A DNA stretch of 64,000 bases, from contig OZ024752.1 of assembly GCA_964016885.1 (NCBI GenBank), positions 41,788,001 to 41,852,000 of the forward strand, written 5' to 3'. This stretch comes from Eledone cirrhosa. Lineage: Eukaryota. The stretch's first letter is position 1; the number at the start of each line of letters is the position of its first letter. The notes under the pieces were generated by a model. It searched no databases. It worked only from the letters and a program-made list of their open reading frames with translations, and was not told where the DNA came from. Positions 56,823 to 64,000 of the stretch are shown here, piece by piece. Position numbers and translations under genes: made by a program.

Positions 56823-57009
56823 GTAATAATAATGATAATAAAACTACAACCAGAGTCTAGGTGGGCCATCTTTAGTATTTTAACAGTAAATATCTTTATC
56901 TTCTTCTCAACCTTTCTCTTCATTTTCGATAATACTTGTGTGTGTAATGGTTATATATAGTTAGTGTGTGTTTAATGTATATGAATAAGTAAGTGTAAAT
57001 GTAAGTGTA

Positions 57010-57665
57010 TGCAACTTGGATGTGTAATGTCAGTGTGCGTGAACGACCAAGCATAGATGAGTTGAGAGAGAAACTGTGTATAAGAGGGATGAGTTGTAGT
57101 GTGCGGGAGAGAAGACTGAGATGGTATGGACATGTGATGAGTTGAGAGAGAAGCTGTTTATAATAGGGATGAGATGTAGTGTGCGGGAGAGAAGACTGAG
57201 ATGGTATGGACATGTGATGAGTTGAGAGAGAAGCTGTGTATAAGAGGGATGAGTTGTAGTGTGCGGGAGAGAAGACTGAGATGGTATGGACATGTGCTGA
57301 GTTGAGAGAGAAGCTGTGTATAAGAAGGATAAGTTGTAGTGTGCGGGAGAGAAGACTGAGATGGTATGGACATGTGCTGAGTTGAGAGAGAAGCTGTGTA
57401 TAAGAAGGATAAGTTGTAGTGTGTAGGAGAGAAGACTGGGATGGTATGGACATGTGATGTGCATGGAGGATGACCGCTGGGTAAAGAAGTGCCAAGAAAT
57501 CCCAGTAGAAGGAAGTCGCAGTAGGGGAAGACCACGAAAAACATGGGCAGAGGTGGTGAGAGCGGAGGAGATGACGAAGGACCGTGACAAGTGGAGAGAT
57601 TCTGTGCTGAATAGGTCCTGTTCCACCCTTGCAAACAGGGAAAAGCGGACGTATGATGATGATGA
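57010..57665 (+). mobile_element. RTE 3' end with an 80-bp segment amplified 5x
   Basis: GAGTTGAGAGAGAA at 57059, 57139, 57219, 57299 and 57379, followed by ..DDRWVKKCQEIPVEG.RGRPRKTW. Confidence 0.85.
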
Positions 57666-57899
57666 TATACACACACATATGCCAGCATGGAAGATGGATG
57701 TTAGACAATGACGATGATAATATATATCATCATCATCATTTAATGTCTGTTTACCCTGCTAGAAAGGGTTGAACATAAATGGACATAATACTAATCATGC
57801 TAATGAGGTATATAGCAGTGGGGTGGCTAATTTAGCCACGTATGAGAACCCCTTGATATCTGCTACCCAAAAGACAACCGATCCCTCACTGTTAAGTAA

Positions 57900-59290
57900 C
57901 ACACTTCAGGGCTGCCACACTTAATGTTGACACACTAGAGAAGTGATGGAGATTCTTGAGAGGAGATGAGTGGATCTGTGCTGGGCTCAACAGGTGAGAT
58001 AGAGAGGAGATTAAGCCAGACTCTTCCCAAGTAAACAGTATAGATACAAACTCTTTTGTGTAAGAAATAATGGTGGGCTAAGTAGAGTAAGTATTTTACT
58101 AGCTGTGAAGTGGATAGATAAGGTAATTGAGGTAGTTAGTAAATGAAAGAATTATCAAACTTGGAATACTCATAAGCAATAGAGTGACAACAGCTATCTC
58201 TACTTATGCACCACAACCCTGTACAACCTATTGCATGGTCAGACAAAGAGTAATCTGGTGATTGTGGAACAACACTGTAGACAGAGCCATTAACCCTTTT
58301 GTATTTAAACCGGCCATATACGGCCATATATGGCCAGAGCTCTCTCACTTCTTTCTGTTCAAAGCAACCGTAACCAGCCACTCATACTGATGTTAACTCT
58401 TTAGCATTTACATTACTCTATGTATACTATTGTATTTTCACAGTAAACACTTTATTTCACATAATTATCTCACATAATATCCAATCTACTATTTTGATAC
58501 TGTTTATTTTGAGAACAATATCTTAACATCAATATGAGTGACTGTTTACAGCCAGTTTGATCAGAAATAGATGAGGAAATTCTGGCCGGATATGGCCGGT
58601 TTAAATGCTAAAGGGTTAAGGTATCGTTCTCAAAATAAATAATACAGTGAAATTCCATTATAACGAAATTCCGTTATATCGGGGGGTATAAAAAAAATTT
58701 GTAATGAAAAATTCTTCATAATGAGATTGACCTAACACATTGAGCGTGTGGCCGGGGATTGAAAAAAAATTTGTTATCCTTAAAAATGTGTTATAATGGT
58801 ATTCGTTATAAGGGAATTGTACCTGTATTAAAATCTCATAGATTCGATATTATGTGAGATAATTATATGAGGTAAAGCCTTTACCATGAAAATATAATAG
58901 TAAATATAGAGTAATGTAAATGCTAAAGGGTTAAATCTAAGAGACATGCAAGGAAAGACTGGAAAAATTAGGGTAACAAAGAACAGTAAGTAGCTAAAAG
59001 AGAAGCTAGATGACAGATTTACATAACATATAAAGAAGATGAAAGCAGGAGATTTGTCAATATTCTGTGACATGGGGATTAGAGGCAGAAGGTGTTGCAC
59101 ATTATAAAACAGTGTGTCAGTGTGAATCAGGATGTTATTGGGGACAAGTGTGTTCAAAATGACACCTGTGCACTTAGCCACACAGATGCTCAGAAGAAAG
59201 GGGCTTGGAAATGTTATTATGACAGGTTGATAAATGTAAAGAATGAGTGAGAGAAAGAGACAGTGGATTAGCAGAGTAGTTAAAGAGTCA
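57900..59290 (+). pseudogene. Degraded RTE ORF (APE endonuclease and linker) interrupted by nested DNA transposons
   Basis: Relic peptides ATLNVDTL, EILERR*VDLC, KWIDKVIEVV, ERIIKL, STYAPQ and QDVIGDKCV..KKGAWKCYYDRLIN. Confidence 0.75.
58294..58930. mobile_element. piggyBac-like MITE (-) hosting a second copy (58397-58615) and a Tigger-like MITE (58645-58825)
   Basis: TTAA at 58290, 58393, 58616 and 58931; TA-CAGTGAAATTCCATTATAACGAA / TTCGTTATAAGGGAATTGTACCTG-TA. Confidence 0.85.
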
Positions 59291-59443
59291 GGATCAGATG
59301 GGTTGCTTTGTAGTATTTGTTCTGGGTCTGTGTGTTCTGAGTTCAAATCCCACCTCCTTCTGCCAAGAGTTGCGGCCAGCAGATAATATCAGCATTGTTT
59401 CTTTAGTGTCCAATCTAACGATCGACATCGACTCCTTTCCTTT

Positions 59444-59477
<34 letters not shown>

Positions 59478-59495
59478 CACACAATATCAGCAATA

Positions 59496-60443
59496 GACTG
59501 ATCTGAGGATCACATCCTTAGACTGATCTGAGAATCACATCCTTAGACTGATCTGAGAATCACATCCTTAGACTGATCTGAGAATCACATCCTTAGACTG
59601 ATCTGAGAATCACATCCTTAGACTGATCTGAGAATCACATCCTTAGACTGATCTGAGAATCACATCCTTAGACTGATCTGAGAATCACATCCTTAGACTG
59701 ATCTGAGAATCACATCCTTAGACTGATCTGAGAATCACATCCTTAGACTGATCTGAGAATCACATCCTTAGACTGATCTGAGAATCACATCCTTAGACTG
59801 ATCTGAGAATCACATCCTTAGACTGATCTGAGAATCACATCCTTAGACTGATCTGAGAATCACATCCTTATACTGATCTGAGAATCACATCCTTATACTG
59901 ATCTGAGAATCACATCCTTAGACTGATCTGAGAATCACATCCTTAGACTGATCTGAGGATCACATCCTTAGACTGATCTGAGGATCACATCCTTAGACTG
60001 ATCTGAGAATCACATCCTTAGACTGATCTGAGAATCACATCCTTAGACTGATCTGAGAATCACATCCTTAGACTGATCTGAGAATCACATCCTTATACTG
60101 ATCTGAGAATCACATCCTTATACTGATCTGAGAATCACATCCTTATACTGATCTGAGAATCACATCCTTAGACTGATCTGAGAATCACATCCTTAGACTG
60201 ATCTGAGGATCACATCCTTATACTGATCTGAGAATCACATCCTTAGACTGATCTGAGAATCACATCCTTAGACTGATCTGAGAATCACATCCTTAGACTG
60301 ATCTGAGAATCACATCCTTATACTGATCTGAGAATCACATCCTTATACTGATCTGAGAATCACATCCTTAGACTGATCTGAGGATCACATCCTTAGACTG
60401 ATCTGAGAATCACATCCTTAGACTGATCTGAGAATCACATCCT
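59496..60443. repeat. 25-bp tandem satellite (~38 units)
   Basis: Unit GACTGATCTGAGAATCACATCCTTA. Confidence 0.95.
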
Positions 60444-60799
60444 TTCCTTTTTTTGTATCACTTTAGCACCATTTCCAAGAACAGAAGTTATTGATTATGT
60501 TTGGTTGAGAGGCATTGATCAATACGGTAATGATTGCAACATTAATCACACATAGTACACAGATCAATAGTATATGCAAAGCCAATGTTAAGAGTCAGTG
60601 GGTAAACTGACCAAGCATTAAAGCCACATCTTGGATTTACTTGGAGTTACTCACAGATCATCAGCTTGTCATTATTATTAAAGATGAAGTGGTGGTGGTG
60701 GTGGTGGTGATGATGGTGATGATGGTGATGATGAGAATGGCGATGGCGGTTGAGTTGTTTCAAGGCTGAACACCAGATTATTGTGTGTGTGTGCATCTA

Positions 60800-60890
60800 T
60801 ACATGCTTTGGTGGAAGCAAATCCTTTCACAAATCCTTACACAACTCTTCAAGAGCTTGCAGAAAAGCTAGATGTAAGCATTAGAACAAC
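60800..60890 (+). pseudogene. mariner transposase HTH relic
   Basis: ALVEANP..TTLQELAEKLDVSIRT resembles the mariner DNA-binding region. Confidence 0.5.
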
Positions 60891-61102
60891 AGTTTGAAAG
60901 TTAATGTCTAAAAACATGCATTAATTTCTGAACAACTTGACAGACCAATGGTTCAAATCTCAGTCCAGTTTCTATAATCACCACCCATCACCACCACCAT
61001 TTTTTAAAAACCCCGGATGATTATATCATTTGTGTGGATACATAACTTAAAAGTAAAACATTTAAAATGTTATATTGATCTTTGGTGGTTGTTTCTATTT
61101 AA

Positions 61103-61310
61103 CCCTTTAGCATTTACATTACTCTATATATATTACTGTATTTTTGTGGTAAAGGCTTTATCTCACATAATATCAAATCTATGAGATTTTGGTATTATTT
61201 ATTTTTAGAACAATACCTTAACATTGGTATGAGTGGCCAGTTATGGTCGGTTTGAACAGAAAGAAATGAGAGAATTCTGGCCGGATACGGACGGTTTAAA
61301 TGCTAAAGGG
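61103..61310 (+). mobile_element. piggyBac-like MITE
   Basis: TTAA-CCCTTTAGCATTTA...TAAATGCTAAAGGG-TTAC. Confidence 0.85.
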
Positions 61311-61358
61311 TTACCATAGAATTTATATAAGTATATAAGACCGTTATTTCTCCACCAT

Positions 61359-61548
61359 GGGCGGTGGATTGGCAGTATCGGTAGAGGGTCGGACGCCATG
61401 CTTTCCAGCATAGTTACGTCCCTTTACGATTTGAGTTCAAATCTCGCCGAGGTTGACTTTGCCTTTCATCCTTACGGGGTCGATAAAATAAAGTACCAGT
61501 AATGCACTGGGTATTGCTGGCCTTGTGCTTAAAGTAGAAACAATTATT
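61359..61548 (+). mobile_element. Full-length SINE family B
   Basis: Flanking duplication TTATTTCTCCA at 61344 and 61544. Confidence 0.9.
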
Positions 61549-61811
61549 TCTCCAATCAGTTTACAAACACTCAGCAATTCCCTTAAACTGAATACCAACC
61601 CTTACTCATGACTCCTGCCAAAACAAACCACACTCACCCACTAAACTCAGCAAACCAAGTGCAGACCCCCCCCCCCCCCACCACCACCACCACCACCACC
61701 ACCACCACCACCTACCCAAACTTGGCTTAAGTAACAGGATTATAACAACCACCAAATGGTCAAGACAGATGTTGTCAAGCTACAGCTGTCATATTTCCTA
61801 GTTTCTATATA

Positions 61812-62398
61812 ATGGTTTCTTATATAGGCACAAGGCCAGCAATTTGAGGGGAGAGGGGACAGTCGATTAAATCTACCCCAGTGCGTGACTGGTACTTTAT
61901 TTTATCGACTCTGTAAGGATCAAAGGCAAATTTTAATCTCTGCGGGATTTAAAATCGGATCGTAAAGGGCCGTAACTCTATGCCGCAAAGCATGGCGTCT
62001 GACCTTCTTCCGATACTGCCAATCCCACCGCCCTTAATATAGTTTCAATATAATAAAACCCCCCCAAAAAGCTATTATTATCTTTAATATATGCTGAAGC
62101 ATATAGACAATATGCCCCCACACCCCCCACACAAGGTGGTCGTGGAGGTGCCACGGCAAAAAAGCACCCAGCCCACACTGTAAAGTGGACGTGTAGGCGC
62201 CACGAAAAAGCACCCAGCACTCACTGTAAACGAGGTTGGTGTTAGGAAGGGCATCCAGCTGTAGAAATCAAGCCAGAATCAGTTCCCGTATGAGCAAGGC
62301 ATGGTCAGCCGACCGGACACTGCCCACAACAGGACAACCCGTCTAACCCATGCTAGCGTGGAAGAACGGACGTAAAACGGTGATGATGATGATGATGA
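61812..62398. mobile_element. SINE B (-, 61812-62033) and bipartite RTE-derived element (+, 62090-62398)
   Basis: Homology to 8882 and 9440-9770. Confidence 0.8.
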
Positions 62399-62520
62399 TA
62401 TATATATGAATGAAAAATTCGGGACCCCGACAGCTGAGCTCCTGGCGTTTCAACAGCTAGAGCCGAACTATATATATATTTTGAATATGTGTGTATTTCT
62501 ATTTCCATCTTCATCCTTAC

Positions 62521-62562
62521 AGAAGAGCAGCAAGTACAGGTTAGTTTGGTGAACGGTATTCA
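62521..62562 (-). CDS. Probable 42-nt internal exon of the host gene
   Basis: ccattag|TG AAT...TTC T|gtaagg; phase 1-1, extends the frame as (M)NTVHQTNLYLLLF. An upstream AG at 62582 would instead give a stop. Confidence 0.4.
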
Positions 62563-62659
62563 CTAATGGAATATATATAAACTATTAAAAGAAAGCTTCT
62601 GCCCACAACAGGACAACCCGTCTAATCCATGCTAGCGTGGAAGAACAGACGTAAAACGG

Positions 62660-62702
<43 letters not shown>

Positions 62703-62762
62703 TGATAAACATTTCTTTCTTGAAATATAAACAGAAAATATTAATAAAAGGAATAAACTTAC

Positions 62763-62942
62763 TTTCAAATCTCTCAAGGTCCTCCTCAGTATATGAGCTC
62801 CGATTAACAGCCGGGGTCCCTAGTCGTGTCCGATATCTACTGTATAACTCCTTTTGACCAATCTGCTCAGCTTTGCCATGTAACATAGCCAATAAGCTGC
62901 TATATTTGTCACTGTCCAATGGCAGCTCCCGATCACAAAAAC
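62763..62942 (-). CDS. 180-nt internal coding exon of an unrecognised protein
   Basis: Strong acceptor tctttcttcag|GT and donor GAAA|gtaagt. Open frame (G)FCDRELPLDSDKYSSLLAMLHGKAEQIGQKELYSRYRTRLGTPAVNRSSYTEEDLERFE, non-repetitive, phase 1-1. Confidence 0.8.
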
Positions 62943-63023
62943 CTGAAGAAAGACACACAAATATGAAGGTAGCTATATATATATAAAAAAACAAATATAT
63001 ATGTTTATATACACACACACAGA

Positions 63024-63092
<69 letters not shown>

Positions 63093-63147
63093 CATCATCA
63101 TCATCATCATCATCATTTTACGTCCGCTTTTCCCTGCTTGCAAGGGT

Positions 63148-63202
<55 letters not shown>

Positions 63203-63267
63203 CGAAGGAGGTGTGGTAAGGAACCAGATGGACCATAACGCACCAGAGTACTCAATACTTAGGGTAG

Positions 63268-63302
<35 letters not shown>

Positions 63303-63469
63303 ACTGGACCGAGATCTTTGGCGCTACACAGTAATAGAGAAGACCCGCCTTACCTAAGTGCAAAGTGAAACCTACTACAGTCAGTAGGCATCTCTAACAA
63401 AATACACCCCCGTCCCACTACCCCCACCCCATCTACACCACCCCTTTCAATGTAAAGTTATGTTGGTAC

Positions 63470-63760
63470 TACAACATCCAGCCCGAAACAAACGAGGTCG
63501 TGTAGGTGTCACGACAAAAAAACACACAGTCCACGCTGTAATGTGGCCGTGTAGGTAACACGGTAAAAACCTCCCAGCCCCACACTGTAAATGTGGTTGG
63601 TGTTAGGAAGGGCATCCAGCCGTAGAAAACCCGCCAGACAGTCCTATACGAGCAAGACAACCACTCTTGTCTCAAGTGGGAAAACTCCCGTCCAAACTCA
63701 TGCAAGCGTGGAATATGGACGTTAAACGAGGATGATGATGATGATGATTATGATGATGAT
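63470..63760 (+). mobile_element. Bipartite RTE-derived element with two pseudoknot modules
   Basis: See the pseudoknot finding; (GAT)n tail. Confidence 0.8.
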
Positions 63761-63817
63761 ATATATATACAACCCTTGCTAGCAGGGAGAATCGATGTTA
63801 AATGATAGAGATCATTA

Positions 63818-63851
<34 letters not shown>

Positions 63852-63905
63852 GAAAAAAACAAGGAAGTTTCATTTACATATGAAAAATATTTATTGCCTA
63901 TCGAC

Positions 63906-64000
63906 CTGTTATGTGTATTTTGCAGAGAATTGGTTCATGGTAACCCATAGGAGTTATGGACCTGACTCCAGTATCGATCTGCTCCTCAGACTGGTGATGC
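63906..64000 (-). CDS. Upstream coding exon of the same gene (cut by the window edge)
   Basis: Only one frame is open, HHQSEEQIDTGVRSITPMGYHEPILCKIHIT-G|gtcgat. Its phase-1 end matches the phase-1 start of 62942. Confidence 0.65.

Noticed and set aside
62523-62539. Plus-strand 17-nt micro-exon (ccttacag|...|gttagt)
   Set aside because: No other plus-strand exon supports it, and it overlaps the better minus-strand candidate.
62757-62795. Minus-strand CTGAGGA...GAAA
   Set aside because: Stems are poor; it is explained by the codons TEEDLERFE and the splice donor.

Overview
AT-rich, repeat-saturated animal DNA. The SINE, RTE and microsatellite content looks like an octopod cephalopod (inference, no database search). 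Almost every ORF in the supplied track is a microsatellite artefact. The only credible host coding sequence is a minus-strand multi-exon gene entering from the right edge: exons 63906-64000 and 62763-62942, probably also 62521-62562, product not recognised. The rest is intronic or intergenic and contains tRNA-derived SINEs, bipartite non-autonomous RTE elements, RTE/CR1/Tx1 LINE fragments, piggyBac/hAT/Tc-mariner MITEs (often nested) and tandem arrays amplified from pieces of those elements. Two RNA-structure signals stand out. (1) About 20 minimal type-I hammerhead ribozyme motifs (CUGANGA...GAAA...UH) from about 9 sequence families, most with palindromic stem III and many in 200-350 bp inverted repeats next to (TA)n, as expected for Penelope-like pLTR or retrozyme relics. 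(2) A covarying H-type pseudoknot plus CUGUAAA-hairpin module carried by the RTE-derived SINEs and amplified into tandem arrays. All calls were made by eye and coordinates may be off by a few bases.
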